Virus record (IMG/VR): IMGVR_UViG_3300028895_000122
Direction: 5' to 3' (one strand)
Length of the DNA stretch: 64,000 bases
Source of the DNA: a virus
Made by a program: the position numbers and the translations under genes. Under the pieces are notes generated by a model. The model saw only the letters and a program-made list of their open reading frames with translations. It was not told the origin of the DNA and did no database searches. This document shows, piece after piece, positions 17,432 to 27,519 of this stretch; position 1 is the stretch's first letter; each line of letters begins with the position of its first letter.

Positions 17432-19688
17432 CGTCGCTTATTGTGCCCTCGGGCATTTTCTCCGTTGTTAATTTATTATTCTGTTCGAAGATTATTTCTT
17501 CACCATCTAAAAGAACTGTTAATGTTGTGTCTTTAAGATTTTCAAATAATATCTTTTTACTTAGCGGTACTTTAAGTAATTCATTGATTTTTCTTGATAT
17601 AGGTCTAGCACCCATTTTGCTATCATAACCAACATCTGCAAGAAAATCAATTACAGCTTCAGTAACATTAATTTTAATATTTTTATTTTTAAGTTGTTCT
17701 TTAAGATCTATAATAAACTTATTAACAACCTTCTTAATACTTAGCTCATCTAATTTGTTGAACTTAACAATCGCATCTAATCTATTACGCAATTCAGGTT
17801 TGAAGAACTCTTTAACAGCTTTATCTTCTTCTCCAGACTTTTCTAAGTCTTGCCCAAAGCCGATGTTAAAGTTTTCGTTATCTCTTGCACCTAAGTTACT
17901 TGTTAATAAAATAATGCAGTTCTTTATATTTACTGTTTTTCCTGAAGAACTTGTAATATGTCCTTCGTCGAGCATCTGTAACATAATGTTAGACACATCT
18001 GGATGAGCCTTTTCAATTTCATCAAACAATAAGATACTATATGGATCTTTAGTAATGTCTTGAATAAGTTTACCACCACCTAAATTACCATCTTCGTATC
18101 CTACATATCCAGGCGGTGCACCAATTAACTGTGACACACTATGTCGTTCTTGATATTCTGACATGTCATAACGTAACAGTTCCATGTCTAGGTTCTTGCT
18201 TAACAATTTAGCAAACTCAGTTTTACCGCAGCCTGTAGGTCCAAGTAATAAGAAGCTAGCAACTGGTTTATTTTCTGTAGTTAATCCACCGAAGCTAACA
18301 TAGATACGATCAAGCATTTCATCTACTGCGTCATCTTGACCGTAAAGTTTCTCTTTGATGTTGGCTCCTAAGTCGCGCACCTTATTACAATCTTCATTTT
18401 TAAGACGTTCAACAGGAACAGTAGTAATCTTCTCTGCTTCTCTGAAAATAAGGTCTGGTGTAATCTCAACATCCTTATTATCTTTAGCACGTTGTTTAGC
18501 ACATGCCGCATCTAATAGATCGATTGATTTATCTGGATTCTGTCTATCGTGGATATAACGTGTTGCTAAGTCCACCGCAGTAATACAGGCCTCTTTATCG
18601 ATTCGAACGCTGTGGAATTCTTCGAGTCGACTAGAAAGTCCGTTTAGGATTTTGATAGTTGTATCATGATCTGGCTCGTCGATATTGAGTTTATAGAATC
18701 GACGCATTAATGCACGATCCTGTTCAAATGTTTCGTAAAACTCTTCCCAGGTAGTTGAAGCAATTACTTTAAGTTTGCCGCGTGTAATAGCAGGCTTTAA
18801 CATGTTGGCCATATCTAAGTTGCCATTGCTACCAGCACCAGCACCTGACATAGTGTGTGCTTCGTCGATGAACAAGATACCGTTATTAAGTGTTTCCAAT
18901 GCTTTAATAACTTCTTGGAACTTTTCTTCAAACTCACCACGATACTTCGAACCAGCTAATAAAGATCCAACTTCCAATGACCATACTGTATGTCCTTTAA
19001 GAAACTCAGGAACATCACCTTCGGCTATTTCCTGTGCAAGGCCTTCTACGATTGCTGTTTTACCAACGCCAGGGTCACCTACCATTAGTACATTTGATTT
19101 AAACTTCTTAGCAAGAATTTCAACCGCGTCTTGAATTTCGTTTGCACGACCAATCAATGGTTCGAACTTACCTTCTTCTGCTAATTCGGTTAAGTTAGTA
19201 CAGTGCTCATACAGAATGTCTTCCGCTTGGTCGTTGTTTAATGTTACTTTAGCGCCTTCTTTGTAACTCTTGTTCCAGTGCTCAACAAATGAATCTTTAT
19301 CGACACCGTGTTTCAATAAGAAGTAAGATGCATGACTATTTGTTTCTGCAGAAATACTTAGGTAAAGATCAATGGTTGTAATTTGTTTACGTCCAGAGAA
19401 AAGAACTTGTGTTCCTGCTCTATTGAATATGCGTTCTAATGCATTTGTACGTTTTGGTGTGTCTTTGTATTGTGGGTTAACAATATTTTTAAGATTGACT
19501 AAATATCCTTCGAGTTCTGAATCAAATAAATCAGTATCAACTCCGTAGTTCTTTAATACTTCATCAAATGGTTCGAATCGAATAAGTGCTAACAGTAAAT
19601 GTTCTGTTAATACATATTCATGTTTCTTCTGTTTTGCAATGTGAATTGCATATTCTGTAATTTGTTCAATCTCTGGATTTACTTGCAT
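17391..19688 (-). CDS. ClpA/ClpC-like two-AAA+ domain unfoldase (765 aa)
   Basis: A Clp_N-like [10 protein letters not shown] segment. AAA1 Walker [23 protein letters not shown]2 [16 protein letters not shown]. The length matches ClpA (no ClpB middle domain). Confidence 0.8.
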   Translation of the reverse strand: MQVNPEIEQITEYAIHIAKQKKHEYVLTEHLLLALIRFEPFDEVLKNYGVDTDLFDSELEGYLVNLKNIVNPQYKDTPKRTNALERIFNRAGTQVLFSGRKQITTIDLYLSISAETNSHASYFLLKHGVDKDSFVEHWNKSYKEGAKVTLNNDQAEDILYEHCTNLTELAEEGKFEPLIGRANEIQDAVEILAKKFKSNVLMVGDPGVGKTAIVEGLAQEIAEGDVPEFLKGHTVWSLEVGSLLAGSKYRGEFEEKFQEVIKALETLNNGILFIDEAHTMSGAGAGSNGNLDMANMLKPAITRGKLKVIASTTWEEFYETFEQDRALMRRFYKLNIDEPDHDTTIKILNGLSSRLEEFHSVRIDKEACITAVDLATRYIHDRQNPDKSIDLLDAACAKQRAKDNKDVEITPDLIFREAEKITTVPVERLKNEDCNKVRDLGANIKEKLYGQDDAVDEMLDRIYVSFGGLTTENKPVASFLLLGPTGCGKTEFAKLLSKNLDMELLRYDMSEYQERHSVSQLIGAPPGYVGYEDGNLGGGKLIQDITKDPYSILLFDEIEKAHPDVSNIMLQMLDEGHITSSSGKTVNIKNCIILLTSNLGARDNENFNIGFGQDLEKSGEEDKAVKEFFKPELRNRLDAIVKFNKLDELSIKKVVNKFIIDLKEQLKNKNIKINVTEAVIDFLADVGYDSKMGARPISRKINELLKVPLSKKILFENLKDTTLTVLLDGEEIIFEQNNKLTTEKMPEGTISDDGYIVLDQFKPKL

Positions 19689-20043
19689 TGGCTTTTTTCT
19701 TCCTAGTAGTTTTTTTCTTAGTAGGTTTAAGACTTTTTATAGCCTCTTCTAAAAATGGTGATAATTCTGTACGTTTAATATTACCTAAATAATCTGTAAA
19801 CTTAACAAAATCTTTAATATTATCCTCATCTTTGTATTCTATAACAGGATTAAAATAATAATGTGGTTTTTCTTTTGTTACTAATAAATTAACTTGTTCA
19901 CCAACATCTGGACCAATTATATAGTCTTTGTCTGTAGTGTTTAATGTTATTAACATTTCTAAACCAAGTTTCTGATTTTTAAAAGGTGCTGTAAAATCAA
20001 CATCCTTCATTCCTGTCTTTTTCGCTTTTACTAATTTTAACAT
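19666..20043 (-). CDS. hypothetical protein with basic C-terminal tail
   Basis: Packed ORF. No motif recognised. Confidence 0.4.
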   Translation of the reverse strand: MLKLVKAKKTGMKDVDFTAPFKNQKLGLEMLITLNTTDKDYIIGPDVGEQVNLLVTKEKPHYYFNPVIEYKDEDNIKDFVKFTDYLGNIKRTELSPFLEEAIKSLKPTKKKTTRKKKANASKSRD

Positions 20044-20051
20044 AAAAATAT

Positions 20052-20831
20052 TTATTCTTGCAAGTCTTTTATTGATTTAATTAACTCGGTTGGAATATTT
20101 TTCGGTAATCGAGCAAGTAACTTAACATACATATCTCCCTGTCTGTTATGTTTTCCTTTTAACCCTTTGCCTTTGACCCTCATTAAGGTATTAGGTTGAC
20201 TTTTTGCTGGTACAGTTAGTACAATTTTTTGTCCTAAAATAGTTTCAACTTCTAATTTCTTTCCTAGTATGAAATCCCAAAAGTCTAAGGTATATTCCTT
20301 AGTTAAATCTAATCCATGTCTTAACCATTCCTTATCATCTTGTATATTGAATATTATGTGTACTTCAGAATTAGGAATTAAATTTGGGTAGCTAATAACA
20401 TCTCCGTCGTTTATACCTAACGGAATTTCAATTTCTGCTGATCTTACCTGGCCAGAGGCATCTTGAATTGTAACTATCTTTTTGCCGCCGGTAGCAATAG
20501 TTTCTAATTCGACAATTAGTCTAACCCTGACGATATTCGTTCTACGATGTTGTCTTTGCGAGTGATTAAAGAAGTCGTTGAATACACTATTAAAGTCTTG
20601 ACCTTGTCTAAAGTTAAATTCCCTAAAATGTTCTCCGTTTCCAAATTGGTCATGTTGCTTACGTTTAGATTCATCACCTACTATAGCATACGCATCACCA
20701 ATTTCTTTAAATTTAGTTTCATCACCGCCGCGGTCAGGATGATGCTGCATCGCTAGTTTGCGATATGCTTTTTTAATTTCATCTTGGGTGGCTGTTTTTT
20801 TAACACCTAATACTTCATACGGATCACGCAT
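20052..20831 (-). CDS. DnaJ-like J-domain protein (no Zn-finger)
   Basis: N-terminal [36 protein letters not shown] is a J domain with HPD. Confidence 0.7.
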   Translation of the reverse strand: MRDPYEVLGVKKTATQDEIKKAYRKLAMQHHPDRGGDETKFKEIGDAYAIVGDESKRKQHDQFGNGEHFREFNFRQGQDFNSVFNDFFNHSQRQHRRTNIVRVRLIVELETIATGGKKIVTIQDASGQVRSAEIEIPLGINDGDVISYPNLIPNSEVHIIFNIQDDKEWLRHGLDLTKEYTLDFWDFILGKKLEVETILGQKIVLTVPAKSQPNTLMRVKGKGLKGKHNRQGDMYVKLLARLPKNIPTELIKSIKDLQE

Positions 20832-20835
20832 AATA

Positions 20836-21093
20836 TTAATTATTCCATAAGTATATGAGGCCAGGAATTATTATAAAAAATTGAGGAAGAAAGTTAGTTA
20901 TAATAGCTTTTTCATTCCACTTATATCCTACATAAACCCAACCGCTCGCGCCAATTAGTTGTAAGTAACTGTTCCACGGAGTCATGCCTAATACATGGAA
21001 TACCATTGCTATTAGAATTATTATAGCACTAGCCCATTTAACAATGAATACAGGATCAGTGTAGGTTTTTGTTTTTGTTTCTGTCGTTGGCAC
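20836..21093 (-). CDS. small membrane protein
   Basis: Hydrophobic helices, two or three predicted. Confidence 0.3.
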   Translation of the reverse strand: MPTTETKTKTYTDPVFIVKWASAIIILIAMVFHVLGMTPWNSYLQLIGASGWVYVGYKWNEKAIITNFLPQFFIIIPGLIYLWNN

Positions 21094-21442
21094 TTAGTTC
21101 TTCTTCTAATTCTTCGAATGCTGCGTCGACTTGTTCTTCTATGTTGTCGCCTTCATCTAATGTAAAGATATATTCTTTTTCATCGGTGGTAACATGTACT
21201 TCATATTGTTCGTCTTGGTTCGCTTGTCGATCCCACCAATCTTTGTATAATGTTGTAAATTCATCTGTATCTAAATCAACATCAAACCCTTCATCTTCTA
21301 GTGATGGATCAAAGTGAACAAGTTTCATTAAGTTACCGAAGTTAACGTTATTCAACCCATTTTGATATAGTATTATTAGAAGCTCTAATAACATTTCTCT
21401 CGTAGGTGGTGTGAATTCTTCTAGTCTTTGTGTTAGTGTCAT
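21056..21442 (-). CDS. hypothetical acidic protein
   Basis: Packed ORF. No motif recognised. Confidence 0.4.
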   Translation of the reverse strand: MTLTQRLEEFTPPTREMLLELLIILYQNGLNNVNFGNLMKLVHFDPSLEDEGFDVDLDTDEFTTLYKDWWDRQANQDEQYEVHVTTDEKEYIFTLDEGDNIEEQVDAAFEELEEELSANDRNKNKNLH

Positions 21443-21454
21443 TATAATACTTAT

Positions 21455-21488
21455 TAAAAAAGATAGGTGCCCTGTATTATCAAGGCAC
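21455..21488 (-). terminator. putative rho-independent terminator after the TctC-like gene
   Basis: Minus strand reads GTGCC-12 nt loop-GGCAC followed by CTATCTTTTTT. Confidence 0.35.
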
Positions 21489-21498
21489 TTTATCTAAT

Positions 21499-22566
21499 TT
21501 ATTTTACTAAGTTTTCTTTATATACTGATCTAAGACCTAAGGCTTGTGTGTTGAACTTAACCAGTGTTTTTAGAGCATCTTCAGTAGCAAGACCCATTAA
21601 GATATCAACAGTTTTGTTACCATCTTCACCGATAACCCAATCATACTCTCCAATCTTCTGATGGAATACTGATGCTGATTCAGGATTCTCTGCCATTTGT
21701 TTACAAGCTAAACGATACTTCTCGGTATTAGGATTACCTTTGTTAACCCACAATGCTTTTTGAATACTATCACGCCATGTGTGAATCAACGTGTATGCAT
21801 CATAAAGTTCGCCACTAGGTGCTTTACCCCATTTTGCTTTAAACACATCTTCAAACCGTTTACCTGCATAGTTAGGATCATCGTTGTGTTTACCAGTTGA
21901 AATATCTAGTACACCATGATGGAACCAAGTTTCAGCTTCACCTTTGGCAATAATAGGTTCTACTTTCTTTTTGTATGCTGCTGGGTTCTCACGTGAACCA
22001 AGTAACTCACCGCGTTGGAAAGCTAGTCGACGTTCGCCACCTGACATGCCTGATACCCATGCTACTTTATCTTTAAAGATAGCAATGTATTCATCAGTGG
22101 TTTTATCTGGACCACCAATCATTAATGCAATAGCGATACCTTCTGGAACCATACCAGATCCTGCTGCAAATGAGAAGCCATCGTCTTCGTTAACACCTGT
22201 ACGTTTTGCAACGATGATGTTTAAGTTTTGATGACATACTGAATCGTATTCACGATAATCGTAATCTACTTTTTCCTGCACAAACGATACACCGTTACCA
22301 CCATGTGATACCATAATTACATTATCATTTTCATGACGTACTGTATTGTGAAATTTGTTAGGACCTGCCTTATCACGTGCGCCAGGGTTGTAAGAAATCA
22401 CAACATTCTCGCCTTCTAATGCTGGTGCCTTAGCAAATTCTTTTGCTACAATTTCAGCCCATACACTTGTACCACCACCAGGTTTCTGTGGTGACATAAG
22501 CTCAACATCAGCGTATGCAGAAGTTGAAACTAATGCTGCTGCGATTACTATATTTTTAAATTTCAT
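21499..22566 (-). CDS. TctC/Bug-family periplasmic substrate-binding protein
   Basis: A signal peptide, then KPGGGTSVWAEIVAKEFAKAPALEGENVVISYNPGARDKAG matching the PGGGTDxxAR...V(V)xNxPGAxG core of the tripartite tricarboxylate transporter binding family. Confidence 0.6.
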   Translation of the reverse strand: MKFKNIVIAAALVSTSAYADVELMSPQKPGGGTSVWAEIVAKEFAKAPALEGENVVISYNPGARDKAGPNKFHNTVRHENDNVIMVSHGGNGVSFVQEKVDYDYREYDSVCHQNLNIIVAKRTGVNEDDGFSFAAGSGMVPEGIAIALMIGGPDKTTDEYIAIFKDKVAWVSGMSGGERRLAFQRGELLGSRENPAAYKKKVEPIIAKGEAETWFHHGVLDISTGKHNDDPNYAGKRFEDVFKAKWGKAPSGELYDAYTLIHTWRDSIQKALWVNKGNPNTEKYRLACKQMAENPESASVFHQKIGEYDWVIGEDGNKTVDILMGLATEDALKTLVKFNTQALGLRSVYKENLVK

Positions 22567-22575
22567 TTTTTTCTC

Positions 22576-24162
22576 CTATGAATAGTTAATGTTTCCTTTA
22601 TTCTTCCAACCCCACGCTAGAACAATAAAAATTAATGTAAAAATAATAACAAACAATGGGTGTCCTAGTAAATCTTTTGAATCCATGCTTGCCATCATAA
22701 GTTGTCCTTTGCCTACAGACTCACCTGTAAACCAAGACTTTATTTGTATTAAAGGATAACCACCTATGTTGTATAATTTTAGTTGGTATGTTAGTAGTTC
22801 AATTTTATCACCTAATATAAATCCAATCATCATTGCTGGTCTACTAAACTTAAATTGTCTCATTGCTAAACCTAACAATGTAAATATTAATAATAAGATT
22901 ATGTTTTCTATTCCGTATGTCCCGAAGCCACTTGTGTAAGTTGCCCATAATATGAATATCAGTAAGAATGGGAAATAGTATTTGTAAGGCACATAAGCAA
23001 TCATTGTAAAGTATCGCATGAAGTACAAACATAATAGTCCTGTTATTAATGTTGCACCTAAAAAGCCAATGCTCAAGCTATTAAAGAATAACTTGTCACC
23101 TAATAGACTTTGTCCTTCTAAAGTTAGTTCGAATCCTACAGCACCAAATAATCCAATTACTATTGCAGCAAATGGTGCTCCTGGAATACCAAACAAAATA
23201 GTAGGAATAAATGAACTAGCCTTTTGTGCATTGTTACTACCTTCCGGTCCAATGACACCTTTAATGTTACCGTTACCAAACTTTTCTTTTGGGTTAGTTG
23301 CTACGGCTTGACCATAGCTTAACCAATCAGACATAGCACCACCTAAGCCTGGCAGGAATCCAATAATAGATCCAATTAATCCTCCACGCATTGATAGCTT
23401 CCATTCTTTAAATGATACTTTAATCCCATCCCAAAGTTGTTGTGTATGCTCACCTAAGTCGCGTCTTTCTGCTAATGCTGTTTTCTTTAGTGCGAGTAAA
23501 ATCTCAGGCATTGCAAACAATCCAGCAATAACAGGAATAAGCGGAATGCCTTTACCTACGCCACTACCAGACAAGAATTCAAAACCCATTGTAAATCGTG
23601 GCTCTGCTGTTACTGGATCAGTTCCAATCATTGCTAAGAACACGCCCAATGATAATGCTACTAAAGAACGTATCCAATATTGATTAGATACAAAGCCGAC
23701 AGTAACAAAAGCAAGGACACACATTGCCCATAATTCTGCTTGTCCTACACCACCTTCTGTTGGCGGCAATATAACAAAGTCATAATAATAAGGTAACAAT
23801 AAGAATACAGCCGAACCCCATATTAAGCCATTTACCGTGCTTGTTGTGATGGCTGCGCTTAATGCATACGTTGCCTTACCTTGTTGTGCTAACGGAAACC
23901 CATCAACCATTGTTGCTGCGGAACTATTAGCACCAGGTATACCTAATAACACAGATGCAAAGGTATCCCCTGTTGTACTTGCTGCGACAACTGCTGTAAT
24001 GAATATAACGGCTAGATAAGGATCAACTGACTTTAACGCAACAATAAAAGGAAACAAGGCTACGAGGCCTGTTGTTGCTCCTGCTGCTGGAATAATGCCA
24101 ATTAATAGTCCATAAACTATTCCTGCGAATAATGCTAAAAATGCGAGTAAATAAAATTCCAT
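22576..24162 (-). CDS. TctA-like (DUF112) multi-pass membrane permease
   Basis: 528 aa with more than 12 hydrophobic helices. Two internally repeated halves carry Gly-rich GIPGA/LPGLGG segments. It lies 9 nt upstream of the TctC-like gene. Confidence 0.5.
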   Translation of the reverse strand: MEFYLLAFLALFAGIVYGLLIGIIPAAGATTGLVALFPFIVALKSVDPYLAVIFITAVVAASTTGDTFASVLLGIPGANSSAATMVDGFPLAQQGKATYALSAAITTSTVNGLIWGSAVFLLLPYYYDFVILPPTEGGVGQAELWAMCVLAFVTVGFVSNQYWIRSLVALSLGVFLAMIGTDPVTAEPRFTMGFEFLSGSGVGKGIPLIPVIAGLFAMPEILLALKKTALAERRDLGEHTQQLWDGIKVSFKEWKLSMRGGLIGSIIGFLPGLGGAMSDWLSYGQAVATNPKEKFGNGNIKGVIGPEGSNNAQKASSFIPTILFGIPGAPFAAIVIGLFGAVGFELTLEGQSLLGDKLFFNSLSIGFLGATLITGLLCLYFMRYFTMIAYVPYKYYFPFLLIFILWATYTSGFGTYGIENIILLLIFTLLGLAMRQFKFSRPAMMIGFILGDKIELLTYQLKLYNIGGYPLIQIKSWFTGESVGKGQLMMASMDSKDLLGHPLFVIIFTLIFIVLAWGWKNKGNINYS

Positions 24163-24260
24163 TGGGTGTATTATACTTTAATTAAAATGTTAAAGCAATC
24201 GCTTTTGGAATCTTTACTCTAAAGATTTGAAGTATAACAATCGTTATACTGGTTTATTTA

Positions 24261-24998
24261 TTATTGTTTTTCGAATACAAAATAAAAACGTTCGCCGTTT
24301 TTAAATGTTTGGTTTTTGTCTGCTGGTTCATCAATTCTTAATTGTAAAACCTCGCAGTTAAATGTATGGGCTACATTCATAATAAATGCTTGATCCCATT
24401 CAAAGAAATCAATCCATTCTGCATGTTTATCTTGATGTTGTATTCCTGGATTGGCGCGGAATATAATTAATCCACCTTTCTTTGTTAAGCCAACAACCTT
24501 TTTAATCTCGTTAACAATTTTATCCGCACTACCAAAGTTAATACTACCTAAACAAATAGTAACATCATACTCAATATCTGTTTCATATTCTAATGTATGT
24601 AACATTATGTCAGCACGAGTATTAAAAGGATCAATGCCTGTTAAGTTTTGTATCTTACCTTTAAATTCATTATAACCACAGCCAACATCTAATACAGCTT
24701 TTGGGTTCAATGCGTTAACTTGATCTATAATTGCTAATCCACTGTACTTGTATTTCTTTGTTTCTGGTTGCCAAACTTTAGCAAAGTAATTACTTAATAC
24801 TTCTTCGTTGATTACATGAGCAATATCAACTAAGCTGTCCGGCATATCTTCTATATCAGAATGAAATGTACAGTTTATTACTTCACGCATTGCGTTCTTG
24901 TTTAACAATACATGAGGACTATCTTTTATGATTTCATTTAATTTTTTATATATTTTTCTATTCATTTCTTTACCATTGTTACTAATATGTCTGGCCAT
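24261..24998 (-). CDS. class-I SAM-dependent methyltransferase-like protein
   Basis: VLDVGCGYNEF (motif I), GIDPF (post-I) and LTKKGGLIIFRANPG (motif-IV-like region). Confidence 0.5.
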   Translation of the reverse strand: MARHISNNGKEMNRKIYKKLNEIIKDSPHVLLNKNAMREVINCTFHSDIEDMPDSLVDIAHVINEEVLSNYFAKVWQPETKKYKYSGLAIIDQVNALNPKAVLDVGCGYNEFKGKIQNLTGIDPFNTRADIMLHTLEYETDIEYDVTICLGSINFGSADKIVNEIKKVVGLTKKGGLIIFRANPGIQHQDKHAEWIDFFEWDQAFIMNVAHTFNCEVLQLRIDEPADKNQTFKNGERFYFVFEKQ

Positions 24999-25552
24999 AT
25001 ATCTGGTATTTCTACTTTATGTCCGAATGTTTCTTCTACCCATGTACTTGAAAAGTGACTCCACTTTGCATCTACATCATACGCAAACTCAAGTATCTTT
25101 TTATTTTGCCTTTGTATCTCAGTTAACATGTTTGCACTGTCTTGATACCAATCATACTTAGGGTAAGTTATTTTAAACCCGCCTGCTTCATGCCACCAAG
25201 CATAACTGGCCATATCTGGTCTATAAACAAGCATAATCCAATCACCTTGCTTATATGTTCGATATATGTGAATGCCTTTAAGGTCGTGTGCCCATTCGTG
25301 AGACTTAACTATCATACAGCCTGCGTTAGGATCCTGCCATGCTTCATCTGTAAACGAACAATTAGGTTCAAATTCCATGCCTGTGCCAAAGTATGCACCT
25401 TTATGACCGCTATATGAATGATGTGTATAATCTCGCTCTGGTGTTCGATCTGTTGTATTAAATCCTGGCACTTGTTCTTCGATTATTTGTGCAATACCCG
25501 ACCAACGTGATCCAGGTACACCAGTTAAAAATATTCGTTTAGGTAAAGTCAT
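24962..25552 (-). CDS. hypothetical protein with P-loop-like N-terminus
   Basis: FLTGVPGSRWSG is a nucleotide/sulfotransferase-like loop. The assignment is open. Confidence 0.3.
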   Translation of the reverse strand: MTLPKRIFLTGVPGSRWSGIAQIIEEQVPGFNTTDRTPERDYTHHSYSGHKGAYFGTGMEFEPNCSFTDEAWQDPNAGCMIVKSHEWAHDLKGIHIYRTYKQGDWIMLVYRPDMASYAWWHEAGGFKITYPKYDWYQDSANMLTEIQRQNKKILEFAYDVDAKWSHFSSTWVEETFGHKVEIPDIWPDILVTMVKK

Positions 25553-26309
25553 AATTATCTCTTATGTGTTTAAATGCCGCTTCGTGTGCTTCTTCTAACG
25601 GATGCCATGTTTCGCTGATTGCAAAGTTTTTATCTTTTGCCCAGTGATAAAATCCTTTATCCTCAAACCATACTAATTTATCTTTAATTTCATTCTGTAT
25701 ATTTTGATTATATACAGGATTATTCCACATTGTATCTAATGTAATGTCGTCGACTATTGACATTATAAACGGAATGTTTTTATATTTTAATAAAGTATAA
25801 ATGCCAATGATGTTTTGTAACGTGTCGTACTTTGCTTGTAACTCAGAGAATAGATGTTTATAATATAACTTTGCTTCTTTGCTCGTTGAGTCTGGTCGAA
25901 TTTGTTCCCAACGCTTTGATTCTATTTCTAACGTTTCGTTATACCATTCTAATCTATCTACCCATGTCCAGTTGATAACTAACAAATCATCTTCGTTAAA
26001 ATGATTTAAGTATCTGTATATCAATCTAGTAATTTTATGATTACTTGATCCTGGACGAGCATGACAAACATATTCCTTATCTAAATACTTTGCTAGTAAT
26101 GCTGGCCAAGTTTTTTTGCTTGGGTAGTGGAATCCGGAACGTATTCTAAAATCAAAATCCATTTCGTCGGTAAATGCAAATGGAAGGTCAGAGGAATGAT
26201 ATTTCGAAATCTTTTCTCTTTCTTCTAACTCTTTTGCTGAACCTTCGACACAATCTTTTAGGTCTGTTCCGTAGGTAAAACTGTCTCCGAATGCTATTAA
26301 TCTACTCAT
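25539..26309 (-). CDS. SGNH/GDSL-family hydrolase
   Basis: MSRLIAFGDSFTYGTDL is a GDSxxxG block I. Start moved to the ATG at 26309, because the track's TTG at 26339 lies inside promoter P3. Confidence 0.55.
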   Translation of the reverse strand: MSRLIAFGDSFTYGTDLKDCVEGSAKELEEREKISKYHSSDLPFAFTDEMDFDFRIRSGFHYPSKKTWPALLAKYLDKEYVCHARPGSSNHKITRLIYRYLNHFNEDDLLVINWTWVDRLEWYNETLEIESKRWEQIRPDSTSKEAKLYYKHLFSELQAKYDTLQNIIGIYTLLKYKNIPFIMSIVDDITLDTMWNNPVYNQNIQNEIKDKLVWFEDKGFYHWAKDKNFAISETWHPLEEAHEAAFKHIRDNYDFT

Positions 26310-26329
26310 AATTTGTTTATACTCGAAAA

Positions 26330-26358
26330 AGTATAGCAAAACAAATTGATTTTGTCAA
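26330..26358 (-). promoter_or_regulatory. sigma70-type early promoter P3 (TTGACA-N17-TATACT)
   Basis: Minus strand reads TTGACA aaatcaatttgttttgc TATACT. Confidence 0.55.
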
Positions 26359-26368
26359 GGAGATAAGA

Positions 26369-26959
26369 TTAAAGACCTGCTATAGCTTTAAATGCTTTTA
26401 TGTCTTTGTCATTTTCGTAAATGCGTTTGGTAGGTAATCCGGCTTGTTCACGCATTTCGTTTAATTCTAATTCTTTTGCTTCTCTATAATCTTTTGGTGA
26501 TAATATTAATGTCTTTTTAAGTTGTTCTTTATTGAAGATAAATTCTTTATCTTTGTATGAAATGATCCAATCTTCGGGCTTTTCATACTCACATAATGTA
26601 CCTAAGTCATTCAATAATTCTTCGAGCCACGCCGGAACAAATGATCTACGTTTTACTTCAATGAAAACCAGAAAACGGTTTGGTTTAATTTCACCAGGGC
26701 TACGATCAGCATCTAATATGAAATCATATCCTTTTTCAAACCAATCAATTAAGTCGTTTGCTACTTTGTTATTTCTTACATAAAAACTTATAACACAGAT
26801 TTCATCTTCGCTGCCCATTTTAGATTCGAATTCATCAATATGGACAGTTTGTTTAATTAACCCTTCCATGTCTTTGTGGTTCAAGCCTTCGTTTAACGTT
26901 TTATTATACATTAAATTCGTCCTCGTCGGCTTCCATATCATCTCGGTTCTCGCCGGCAA
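26369..26959 (-). CDS. hypothetical protein
   Basis: Packed ORF. No motif recognised. Confidence 0.4.
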   Translation of the reverse strand: MPARTEMIWKPTRTNLMYNKTLNEGLNHKDMEGLIKQTVHIDEFESKMGSEDEICVISFYVRNNKVANDLIDWFEKGYDFILDADRSPGEIKPNRFLVFIEVKRRSFVPAWLEELLNDLGTLCEYEKPEDWIISYKDKEFIFNKEQLKKTLILSPKDYREAKELELNEMREQAGLPTKRIYENDKDIKAFKAIAGL

Positions 26960-27503
26960 TGGTTGTTTGATCTTGTACTTCTTCTTGTGCGAAATCTTCT
27001 TGGTCTAAGTCTTGCTCGTATGCTGCATCTAAATCTGATAAGTCAATGTCCTGACCTTCAAGTTCGATGCTACCCTCACGTATGTCAGACATTAAATCTT
27101 TTGGCATTGTGATCTCTACAACCCAAACAGGCATGTCACGCATAGAAGGTTTCTTTGTACCAGGTTTAAAGTCATCGTATGATTCTACTTTGGCAGGAAC
27201 TTTGATTGTTGTTTTCATATACTCAACATCACAATCAAACGGTAGTAAACGTTTTGCACCACGTGGGTCTGGCATTAAGTCTGCAGGCCACATAAATGTA
27301 CATGCCACTTTATAACGACTAATCTCTGGACCACGGATTAGTTCACCTTCACTCCAGTGTTTAAATGCATAGATATCAACCTCATCTAATACACGTTCAA
27401 AGTCTAATATTGTTTGCATACTACCATCAGACATATAAACGTCTTTGATAGTTTCGGTTACTTGCCAATAAGCACGATCGTCTTGTAAGAAATCTTTTTC
27501 CAT
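26904..27503 (-). CDS. hypothetical protein with acidic C-terminus
   Basis: Packed ORF. No motif recognised. Confidence 0.4.
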   Translation of the reverse strand: MEKDFLQDDRAYWQVTETIKDVYMSDGSMQTILDFERVLDEVDIYAFKHWSEGELIRGPEISRYKVACTFMWPADLMPDPRGAKRLLPFDCDVEYMKTTIKVPAKVESYDDFKPGTKKPSMRDMPVWVVEITMPKDLMSDIREGSIELEGQDIDLSDLDAAYEQDLDQEDFAQEEVQDQTTIAGENRDDMEADEDEFNV

Positions 27504-27519
27504 GATATAGTATTTATTA

